Shown here piece by piece: positions 11,005 through 20,544 of a stretch of 31,154 bases of DNA. The stretch lies in the NCBI RefSeq assembly GCF_004010195.1, contig NC_057720.1, positions 18,261,087 through 18,292,240 on the forward strand, read 5' to 3'. The stretch comes from Chiloscyllium plagiosum (taxonomy: Eukaryota). A model generated the notes under the pieces. That model was given only the letters and a program-made list of their open reading frames with translations, was not told the DNA's origin and did not search any database. Numbering within the stretch: the stretch's first letter is position 1; each line of letters begins with the position of its first letter. The translations under genes were made by a program, and so were the position numbers.

Positions 11005-12630
11005 TGGACATTGGGCTGCTGGAAAATGATGCTGCAGAAATAGTAATGGGGAACAAAGAAAGGGCTGAAGAACTGAATAAGTACTTTACATCAGTCTTCA
11101 CAGTGGAAGACAGGAGTAATATCCCCAAAATTCAAGAGAGTCAGGGGGAGGATATAAGTACAGTGGCCATCACCAAGGAGAAGGTGCTCGAAAAACTGAA
11201 AAGGTGTGAAACTGGATAGATTGCCTGGACCAGATGGGCTATACCCTCTAGTTCAGATGGAGATACTTGAGATGATAGTGGAGGCTTGAGTAGTGATCTT
11301 TCAGGTGTCGCTGGAGTCAGAGAACATCCCAGAGAACTGGAAAATCACTAATATAACCCCCTGTTTAAGAAAGGGACAAGGCAAAAGATGAGAAATTATA
11401 GGCTGATCTTGATGGTTCATAAGATTTCAGACTCCATTGTGAAGGATGAGATTTCTGAATACTTGGAAGCGCTTGGTAAAATAGGGCAAAGTCAGAATAT
11501 TTCATCAAGGGGAGATCATGCCTGATAAATCTGCTAGAATACTTTGAGGTGGTAATGAGCAGGTTAGACCAAGGAGAGCCAATGGATGTTATCTATCTGG
11601 ACATGCAGAAGGCCTTTGATCAGGTGCTGCACAGGACACTGCTGAGTAAGAGAAGAGCCCATAGTGCTAGAGACCAGGTACTAGCATGGACAGAAAATTA
11701 GCAAGATGGCAGAAGGCAGAGAGTGGGGATAAAAGGGTCCTTCTCAGGATGGAAACCAGTGACTACTGGTGTTCCACAAGGGTCGGTGTTGGGACCACAA
11801 CTTTTCACTTTATACATTGATGAAGGAACTGAAGGCATTCTGGCTAAGTTTGCAGATGATACAAAGATAGGTGGAGGAACAGGCAGTATTGAGGATGGTG
11901 GGGAGGCTGCAAAAAGATTTAGATCAGGAGAGTGGCAGATGGAATACAATGTGGGAAAGAATGAGGTCATGCACTTTGGTAGGAAGGAGAGGGGCATGGA
12001 CTATTTTCAAAATGGGGAAAAAATTCAGAAATCTGAAGTGCAAAGGAACTTGGGAGTCTTAGCCCAGGTTTCTGAAGATAAACTTGCAGGTTCAGTCAGT
12101 AGTTAGGAAAGCAAATACAATGTTGTCATTCATCTCGAGAGGACTAAAATATAAAAGCAGGAATACATTTTTGACACTTTATAAGGTTCTGGTCAGATCA
12201 CATTTAGAGTATTGTGAGCAGTTTTGGGCCCCATACCTTAGGAAAGATGCATTGACCCAGAAGCGGGGCCAGAAGATGTACACAAGAATGATCCCAGGAA
12301 GAATACTGAACAGCCTGGACAGAATGGACGTTGGGAATATGTTTCCACTGGCAGGAGAGACAAGGACCCTAAGGCACAGCCTTTAAATAAAGGGAAGACC
12401 TCTCAGGATGGGGAAAAGGAGAAACTTCTTTCGCCAGACAGTGGTGAATCTGTGGAATTCATTGCCACAGAAGGCAATGGAGGCCAGATCATTGAGCATA
12501 TTTAAAACAGAGATAGACAAATTCTTGATTGCAATGGGGATCAAAGGTTACATGGAGAAAGCAGGAAAATGGGGTTGAGAAACCTATGAACCATGATTGA
12601 ATGGCCTAATTTCTGCCCCTGTGTCTTTTG
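11005..12630 (+). mobile_element. CR1 LINE, 5'-truncated (RT domain + 3' UTR)
   Basis: VDIGLLENDAAEIVMGNKERAEELNKYF; GVPQGSVLGPQLFTLYI; KFADDTKIGG; LYKVLVRSHLEYCEQFW; ends ggcctaatttctgcccctgtgtcttttg. Confidence 0.95.
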
Positions 12631-14439
12631 GCCTTCTTGATCTACTACAGGCTCTGTGCTATAGGCAGACTACAATGACATTAGGGAGGGAATTCCAGAA
12701 TTTTGAAGGCGTGACTGTGACTCAAATCAGAACAGGGAATGCCTTGGAGGGGAACACCCCCACCTGCAAGTTTCCATGTATCTGCTGTTCTTGTCCTTCC
12801 AGATAGAAGTGTTCATGCGGAAGATGCAGTCGAAGGATCTTTGATGAATTTCCACATTGCATTTTGTAGATAATACACACTGCTTCTACTAAGCAGTGGT
12901 AGAGGGAATGGAAGTGGTGCCAATCAAGCAGGCTGCTGTGTCCTGGGTGGTGTCAAGCTTCGAGTGTTGTTGGAACTGCAGTTGTCAAGGCAAGTGGAGA
13001 GTATTCCATCAAACTCCTGAATTGTGCCTTCTAGGTAGTAGAACTTTTTAGGAAGTCAGGAAGTGAATTATTTCTAGCCTCTTACTTGCTCTTGTAGCCA
13101 CTATATTTATACTGGGAATCCCCTTGAACTTCTGATCAATGGCAATATCCCAGGATGTTGATATTGGCGGATTCAGAGGTGATAACACCAATGAACGTCA
13201 AGGCTTTGTGATAAGACTGTTGAAAATCAACACTGCCTGACATTCGTGTGGTGCAAATGTTACTTGCCTCTTGATAGCCCAAGCCTGGATATTTTCCAGA
13301 TGTGTTGCATTTGAACATGGCCTGCTTTATTATCTGAGGAGTTGTGAATGGTGCTGAACAATCAGCGAACATCCTCATTTCTGACCTTATGATGGAGGAA
13401 AAGGTCGTTGATGAAGCAGCTGAAGTTGATTAGGCACAGGACACTACCGTGAGCAACTCCTGCAGGGCTATCCTGGAGCTGAGATGACTGACAGCCAACA
13501 ACCACAACTATCTTTCTACGCACCAGGTTTGACGACAACCAGCAGAGTTTGCCTGCTAAATCCCATTTATTCCAGTTTTGCAAAGGGTCTTTGATACTAC
13601 ACTGAGTTAAATGTGGCCTCACTGTCAATGGGTGTCACTCTCACAATTACAGTTAGATACCACTTTTGTAGCAGTACTGGAACAGCTTAACGAGGGGAGC
13701 AGTAGGTTCTAGAGCATACATTAACAGTGATATTGCCAGAATATTGTCAGGGCCTTTGCAATATCCAATGCCTCTAACTATTTCTGGATATCATGTGGAG
13801 TGAATCAAATTGGCTGAAGATCTTGATGCTGTGGACACAGGAGGTGGACTAGATGGATCGTCCATTCAGTACTTCTGGCTGAAGATTGCTGCAAATGCTT
13901 CAATCTTGCCTTTTGCATTAATGTGTTTGGCTCTTCTATCATTGAGGATGGTGGTAGTTGTGGAGCTTCCTCTCCCAAGGATTTTTAAAAATTCATTCAG
14001 AAGTGAATGTGACAGGACTAAAAAACTTAGATCTGATCCATTGCTTGTAGGATCACTTAGCCCCACCGCTTGTTGCTTATGCTGTTGGGCACATACGTAG
14101 TCCTGTTTGGTAGTGTCACCAGGTCAACACCATTTTATGGTATGCCTGATGCTGCTTCTCTAGCACTCTCCATTGAACCAGGGTTGACCCCTTTGATGGC
14201 AATGGTTGAGTGAGGGATATTGCTGGTCCAAGAGGTTGCAGATTGTATTGGAGCATGATTCAACTGCTGTTGACGACCCACAGCACTTCATGAACGCCTA
14301 GTCAAGTTACTAGATCTGTTCACATCTGCCCCACTTAGCACAGTGGCAGTAACACACAACACAATTGAAAATACTCTCTATGTGATGACAGGACGTTATC
14401 TCCACAAGGTCTTTGTAATGGTCACTCTTACCAATACTG

Positions 14440-14850
14440 AAACTAACCACCAGGATACATGAACATCAACAGCCACAAAAAGACATGACCCTCTCTCAAT
14501 AGTATCTTAACATACAGAGGAGGAAAGACACCACTTCAACTGGGACAACACATCCATTCTAGGACAAGCCAAACAGAGACATGCACGAGAACTCCAAGAA
14601 GCATGGCATTCCAACCAGAAATATATCAACAAAGAGTTAGAACCCATCTACCACCCCCTGAGAAGAAGAACGGGAAATAACATCACCACAGGAAATGACA
14701 TCAACCCAAAGAAACCCAAACATATAAACAGAAAGCAGAAATTATCAACAGTGCTTCACCTGGAGGCCCACTGAAAATGTGACCTAATAGGGTGAAGAAA
14801 CATCTGGAAATGAACCTTCCAGCTCAGCGGTCAAACCTACATCCAAGATG
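14440..14850 (+). mobile_element. Penelope-like element 3' fragment (GIY-YIG C-terminus + decayed hammerhead)
   Basis: KLTTRIHEHQ...HHFNWDNTSILGQAKQRHARELQEAWHSN; terminus ctgaaaa-t-gtgacc-taatag-ggtgaa-gaaac-atc (14771-14804). Confidence 0.85.
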
Positions 14851-15129
14851 AATCTACTGTCTGCAAACTGATAAAGATGAGGTCAAGTATAGATTTCCCT
14901 CATGTTGGTTCTTTCACCACCTGCCACAGATCCAGTCTAGCAGCTATATCCTTTGACCAGCAGTGCTGCTACCAAGCCACTCTTTGTGATGGACATTGAA
15001 ATCCCCCATACACCATCTATACTTCCTCCAAATGTTGTTCAGTTGAGGTAGGAAGGTAAACAGGTGGTTTTCTCAAACACTGAACAGACACCCAAAACAA
15101 TTATCTAGCTGACTAAATGACAATGGAGA

Positions 15130-15280
15130 GCATGCATAAGTGGATGATTGGCAGGATTCAATGAGAGATTGGGGATCTGTACCAACTTGCATCAATGATA
15201 CAGATAAGGGAAGTAAAATCACGGTTGCTAAATTTGCAGATGACAAAATTAGGTAGGAAAGTATGTTACTTAGAGGAAAT
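15130..15280 (+). mobile_element. Old CR1 RT fragment
   Basis: gttgctaaatttgcagatgacaaa = VAKFADDK. Confidence 0.6.
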
Positions 15281-15292
15281 GATATTCAAGGT

Positions 15293-15420
15293 AAAGTCAC
15301 CACTCTCTACTAGACCATAGGATTGCTCTCTCTTTGAAGAGGGATGATTAGTGGTGGTTTAACCCGATGGTCACCACATTCAGGCGAGGCTAGAGGTTGA
15401 GGACGATAGTCCTTCATAGT
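15293..15420 (-). mobile_element. Probable SINE 3' fragment
   Basis: aaagtcaccactctctactagaccataggattgct...ggtggtttaacccgatggtcaccacattcaggcgagg resembles a recurrent shark SINE tail as recalled; no promoter boxes retained. Confidence 0.45.
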
Positions 15421-15732
15421 TTCAACACCAATGAGTTAACCTTCTGCTGAGGATGGTGACATAGGAAACCAAAGTCAGACACAAGTGAGGTTGGCTTAGC
15501 CCCAAGCTGGCATGACTACTAATAAAATATGCAAGACTGGAATAAAGTCAACATTGCTGTAGATTCATTCATTCATTCGTCTCAGTTGGGGCCAGCTCAC
15601 AGATAGGGCATGTCAAATTCAATTTCTCTAATGCAAGAGGACCAAGCTAGCCACTGAAGTTGAAAACTGATTTGGCTTCAGACAAGCTTGTAAGCTGAAT
15701 AAAAAGGTCATCATAGGTACAAACAAACAGCA

Positions 15733-16684
15733 AGGAGACAGTGAAGTCTGCAGATGCTGGAGATCAGAATTAACAGCATGTTGCTGGAAAAGCACAGCAG
15801 ATCAGGCAGCATCCGAGGAGAATCGATGTTTCAGGCAGGACCCCTTCATCAGGAATGAGGCTGGGAGCCTCGAGGGTGGAGAGATAAATGGGAGAGGTGT
15901 GGGGCTTGGGGGGAAGGTAGCTGAGAGTGCAATGTCCTACAAGTGGATCCCACCACCAGGGATATATTTCCCTGCCCACCCCGATCCGATTTCCGCAAAG
16001 ACCGTTCGATGCGTGACTACCTGGTCAGGTCCACGCCCCCTAACAAGCCACCCTCCCCTCCTGGCACCTTCTCCTGCCACCACAGGAATTGCAAATCCTG
16101 CACCCACACCTCCCCCCTTACCTCTGTCCCAGGCCCCAAAGGTGTCTTCCACATCCACCAAAGTTTCACCTTCACTTCCACACGTCATTCATTGTATCCA
16201 TTGCTCCCGATGCGGTCTCCTCTACACTGGGGAGACTGGACGTCTTCTCGCACAGCGCATTAGAAAACATCTCCGGGACACCCACACCAACCAACCCCAC
16301 CGCCTGGTGGCTGAACTCCCCCTCCGACTCTGCCAAGGACATGCAGATCCTGGGCCTCCTTCATTGCCACTCAGTCACCACCCGAAGCCTGGAGAAAAAA
16401 TGCCTCAGCTTGCGCCTCAGAACTCTTCAATGCCAAGTCATCAATGTGGACTTCACCAGTTTCCTCATTTCCCCATCTCTCACCTTACCCCAATTCCAAC
16501 CTTCCAGCTCAGCACTGTCCTCGTGACCTGTCCCACCTGTCAATCTTCCTTCCAACCTATCAGCTCCACACGCCTCTGACCTATCACCTTTACCCCACTT
16601 CCATCCACCTATTGCACTCAACGATCTTCTCTCCAGCCCCACCCCTCCACGTGACCTGCTGTGCTTTTCCAGCACCCCACTCTG
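15733..16684. mobile_element. Penelope-like (Neptune-type) element with inverted arrangement and 11-bp TSD
   Basis: TSD aacaaacagca at 15722-15732 and 16685-16695. 15733-15932 is a minus-strand terminus with tail and hammerhead. 15933-16684 is a plus-strand ORF remnant with a Cys-rich linker (GTFSCHHRNCKSC) and a GIY-YIG start (VIHCIHCSRCGLLYTGETGR). Confidence 0.92.
15821..15855 (-). ncRNA. Minimal hammerhead ribozyme motif, partly decayed
   Basis: Minus: ttc-CTGATGA-A-GGGG-tcct-GCCT-GAAAC-ATC-gatt. Core intact; stems II and III carry CpG-type changes relative to 16973-17004. Confidence 0.7.
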
Positions 16685-16897
16685 AACAAACAGCAGAAAG
16701 GCATTCAACATGTCAAATCTATTCATGCAGTGAGAGCAGGAGACTAGGAAATGAGGAACACTCAAGGGATTTGGAAGGAAAAAGAGTACAGTACCGAACA
16801 GAGGAGAAATGAAATGAGGCATGGCCAATTGGAAGGTAAGATCAAGTTATATAGGTTTAGTTATGTAACAAAATGGAACAGACACATCCTGATAATA

Positions 16898-17060
16898 GAG
16901 GAGAAAGTGAGGGCTGCGGATGCTGGAGATCAGAGCTGAAAATGTGTTGCTGGAAAAGCGCAGGAAGGGCTTTCCTGAAGAAGGGCTTATGCCCGAAACG
17001 TCGATTCTCCTGTTCCTTGGATGCTGCCTGACCTGCTGCACTTTTCCAGCAACACATTTT
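16898..17060. mobile_element. 163-bp fold-back Penelope-derived mini-element with 15-bp TSD
   Basis: Perfect TSD cacatcctgataata (16883-16897, 17061-17075); 25-bp inverted arms 16939-16963 and 17036-17060 (24/25 identical); hammerhead between the arms. Confidence 0.93.
16973..17004 (+). ncRNA. Minimal type I hammerhead ribozyme (PLE type), intact core
   Basis: tc-CTGAAGA(16975-16981)-A-GGGC-ttat-GCCC-GAA-ACGT-C-ga: CUGANGA and GAAA boxes, perfect 4-bp stem II, palindromic ACGU stem III, GUC triplet at 17000-17002; stem I only ~2 bp. Confidence 0.8.
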
Positions 17061-17934
17061 CACATCCTGATAATAAACAGGAATAGACATTCCAGCAGGT
17101 TGGTTTTTTTTCTCAAATTAATACAAATATGTTCATTTTTCAGGTAAGATTTCCAGGTTTTCACAGCTGGGTTTGATTAACTGGCTATACTGCATGGTGA
17201 ACAGTGAATTCTTTATTTGCCTCACTTTCTTTTTCTTGAGGGATCACTGGAAATTTCATGTCCATGTTCAAACTCTTCATATTGATATTTTAGGTGAAGA
17301 ATGAGGGCTGCAATGCAGAGCACTAGTACTGGAAGCAGTAAAATAGGTTCATCAACACAATATTGCCAAGAACATGTTTTTAAAAATATATTTGATTACT
17401 CAACAACTTCCTTATATGCCAAGTGACTCCTAGGATAGATGGGCCTTGGTAGTTTGTCGTCGAGCAATTCTTGTGTTTTGAATGAAAGGGATCAAGCAAG
17501 ATTAGTTTCATTGGCAGGAATAGGGGGCCACATGTCAGACAATTTCAGAACAGACCAGTCTTGAAGATAAAGCTTTTTTTGAGCTGTGTTCAGTTCACTC
17601 AAATGATAATTTCATCAATCTAGTTTTAAATGATTTACAAAGTGAACAGTTACTTATCAAAGTAAATAGCTCAAAGACACTGCAATAGCCTAGCTACCGC
17701 TGCAACTCCACACTATTGATGCCTGGTTAGTCCAAGGTAGTAGAATACTGCCCTTTAGTTATCACCCAGGACAGCTCTCGCTGAATTTTTCCAGAACTGA
17801 TATGTCAATCGCCCAAACAGATCAGCACCGAAGAGGCTGGCAGAAAAGCTGCTCATAAATACGATTTCTTCTCTTAACTATGAAAAGTTGACTCTGGCAG
17901 AATGTGCGCAAGGAGGCCAGATTACACTCAGAAA

Positions 17935-17949
17935 TGCCCTCTGCTGTCA
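17935..17949 (-). promoter_or_regulatory. Candidate CTCF-binding motif
   Basis: Minus TGACAGCAGAGGGCA vs CTCF core (GG)CCAGCAGAGGGCG, in non-repeat DNA; motif match only. Confidence 0.3.
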
Positions 17950-17984
17950 AGTTATTTGAGTGAAACTGAGAAATAGGAGAAGAT

Positions 17985-18366
17985 GCAAAACTTGACCTAT
18001 TCTTGGGAAATAAGGCAGGGCAGGTGACTGAGGTGTCAGTGGGGGAGCACTTTGGGGCCAGTGACCATAATTCTATTCGTTTTAAAATAGTGATGGGAAA
18101 GGATAGACCAGATCTAAAAATTGAAGTTCTAAATTGGAAGGAGGCCAATTTTGATGGTATTAGGCAAGAACTTTCGAAAGCTGACTGGGGGCAGATGTTC
18201 ACAGGTAAAGAGACAGCTGGAAAATGGGAAGCCTTCAAAAATGAGATAACAAGAGTCCAGAGACAATATATTCCTGTTAGGGTGATAGGCAAGGCTGGTA
18301 GCTGTATGGAATGCTGGATGATGAGAGAAATTGACATTTTGGTTAAGAAAAAGGAAGCAGCATAGA
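17985..18366 (+). mobile_element. Internal CR1 ORF2 fragment (endonuclease C-terminus)
   Basis: LDLFLGNKAGQVTEVSVGEHFGASDHNSIRF (APE SDH motif)...WKEANFDGIRQEL. Confidence 0.9.
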
Positions 18367-18775
18367 CAGAGGAACCTTGATTATCCGAACTGGATGGGCG
18401 GACACTATTGCGTTCGGATAATTGATTATTCGATTAATTGATTTCGCCTGGGGCTCGAAGTTTTCTGTGGAGTCTGCTCCCTGTTCAGGAGACTAGGAAC
18501 GAGCGCGGGAGGGAACGAGCGCGGGAGGGAACGAGCGCGGGAGGGAACGAGCGCGGGAGGGAACGAGCAAGAGAGATCAGTCATTTGGACACAGCCCCTG
18601 GACTCTCCAGGACTGTCCTCGGCAGCATTTCAGTGAGCCGAGATCATTTTTAATAATTGTACCTCTAAACAAAAGACTCAATCAAGGTTGAAACAGCTCT
18701 TTGACGTAAAGTTTCTATCGTGGTCTTGAGATCATCTTCGGAGAATCCGATGTTGAGATAATCGAGGTTCCACTA
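18367..18775. mobile_element. Non-autonomous pogo/Tigger-like (Tc1-mariner superfamily) MITE
   Basis: 24-bp TIRs cagaggaaccttgattatccgaac (18367-18390) and gttgagataatcgaggttccacta (18752-18775), 19/24 matches; TA on the right flank, GA on the left; subterminal copies of ttcgga(t/g)aat. Confidence 0.8.
18496..18568 (+). repeat. 16-bp minisatellite (GGAACGAGCGCGGGAG) x 4.6, perfect copies
   Basis: Units start at 18496, 18512, 18528 and 18544, with a partial unit at 18560. Confidence 0.98.
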
Positions 18776-18777
18776 TA

Positions 18778-18990
18778 TTGACTTTTGGCAGGATGTTACT
18801 CATTCCCCCTATGCATTCACAGCACAGAGGTGGAACTAATGGAGAGTGTCAAGCTCCTGGGAGTGTTCATCCACAACAAGCTTTCTTGGACTCTGGGTGG
18901 AGGCACTGGTTGCAAAGGCCAAACATCTCTTCTTCCTCAGGCAGCTGAGGAAATTTGGCATAACGGCAAATACCCTTGCCAACTTTTATA
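18778..18990 (+). mobile_element. Rex1/Babar-type LINE fragment
   Basis: PLCIHSTEVELMESVKLLGVFIHNKLSWT / ALVAKAKHLFFLRQLRKFGITANTLANFY resembles the Rex1 post-RT motif (KKAQQRLYFLRRLRKF). Confidence 0.75.
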
Positions 18991-19790
18991 TTCCTGCTCT
19001 CTGCTTTCTATCTTACCATTTTTTAATCCATATTAGAATATTATCCTTGCTTGCACATTTTGTACTTTTGTTTACGAACCTCCTGTGTGAGACTTTACCA
19101 AAAGGTATCTGAAAAATCCAGATGCACCACATCCAATAGTTTGCCTTTGTCTACACAAAATGTAAATTTCCGAAAAAAGCTCCAATAGGTTTGTCAAATA
19201 TTGTTTCTCTTTCATAAATCTATGTTCACTCTGCCCAATTCTTCTTCAGCTGCACAATTAACTGCACAATTATCACAGCCTACATAATAATATTTAACAT
19301 TTCTTCCCTCTACTGAGGAACTAATAGCTCTGTAGTTTTCCATTCACTCTCCCTGAAAAGGTGAGATTATATTTACTACTTCCCAGTCTGTGGAAGCCTT
19401 TTCAGAATCCATACAATTTTGAAATAATGCATCCTCTGTCACTGTAGCCACCTCCTTTAATGCTCTTATTCATCAACCTTCGATCCAGTTAACTTCTCAA
19501 GTCCAACTCTCCAATAATATTCATTTGGTCCCTCTTGGATGCAGAGTAGTTCTGACAATTATTCTGCATTATATCCTCTACCGAGAGAAGTAACTGCTCA
19601 GTTTTTCCACTGTAAATTCTCCTGTAGTGTGCCAAAGTTCGTCCTGCCTAAACTGACTTATTCACATACCTAAAGAGGCTATTGCAGTCTTCTTTTAGGA
19701 TTCTCCTTCCCTTTTCTTTATCAATTCCTAGGTCTTCCTTTACTGGGTTCTAATTTGTTCCCAATTCTTGGAGTTAGCACTTTTACTGTC
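18991..19790 (-). mobile_element. Old CR1 internal fragment
   Basis: Minus LDVVHLDFSDTFGKVSH at ~19085-19135, plus a degenerate NYRAISS. Confidence 0.65.
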
Positions 19791-20544
19791 ATCCATTAAA
19801 CCACTTCCACCCTGGTGCAAAACTAAAAGGATTTTGTAGATTACAGAACAGCACAGCACTGAAGTAGCTATTCAACTCATGTCTCACCAGCTCATGCTGT
19901 TAAGCCATTCTCTCACTGGCGTGCACTCCACTTCTACTACTCATGGCCTCTAATATGACAACATAGTACCAAAATTGAGCAAAAGACTACCCAGTTCAAA
20001 CGTGAAGTCACTAGGATTGCAGACAAGACAAAGAATCATACAGCAGCTATGTTGGCGATTGGAGGAAGCTCCCTACACAGATGCTCAAGAAAAGATACGC
20101 AAACATATGGCCACAGTTGGGCAATGAAATTTAGAAATAAATCTGATTCACAATAACCATCTCGCAACTTCTCAAGAACGTATCAAAATCTTTGCCCTAA
20201 AACAACCAAGAAAATTAAGTATTGCAAATATTATCCTCAAGTCATGAACAAAACCATTTTTGTACAGTGAAGAAAACCAAGGTTTCATTATGTCTCCCAG
20301 CAGAATTTGATGTCAAGCTTATTGCATTTCAACAGTTTATATTCAAACACTGACAAGAAATGACACAAAGTGGTCTGCACTGCAAATATAGTTGAGTGCC
20401 CCATGATATTTGCTTTGAATTGCTAGCTAAGTAAATGACAAGCAAAGTTGGAGAGAAAACAGTGTTAATAAAGACAACTGGCCACAGAGAACAGATTCAT
20501 TGTGTAGTCATGAATATCTGAATGGACAAAGTGCAACTTTAAGT

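Larger units (their letters stand above)
10925..15070 (-). mobile_element. CR1/L2-group LINE (APE endonuclease + RT), split by a CR1 (11005-12630) and a PLE (14440-14850)
   Basis: 3' end at 10925-11006. Minus GVAHGSVLCLINFSCFINDL and MFAD (13360-13460), KIEAFAAIFSQK (13870-13910), and endonuclease GDFNVHHKEWLGS (14965-15007). Confidence 0.85.

Noticed and set aside
15899..16579. 226-aa Pro-rich ORF as a host gene
   Set aside because: It is a chimera of reading frames across the inverted, frameshifted Penelope element.
17131..17150. Polypyrimidine-CAG|GTAAG recursive-splice-like site on + (similar AAG|GTAATG on minus at ~4592-4612)
   Set aside because: Such motifs occur by chance in 31 kb. 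The + site is opposite to the inferred gene strand and the minus site is very close to the exon.
18496..18568. Repeat array as CRISPR
   Set aside because: Head-to-tail 16-mers with no spacers, in a vertebrate context; it is a minisatellite.
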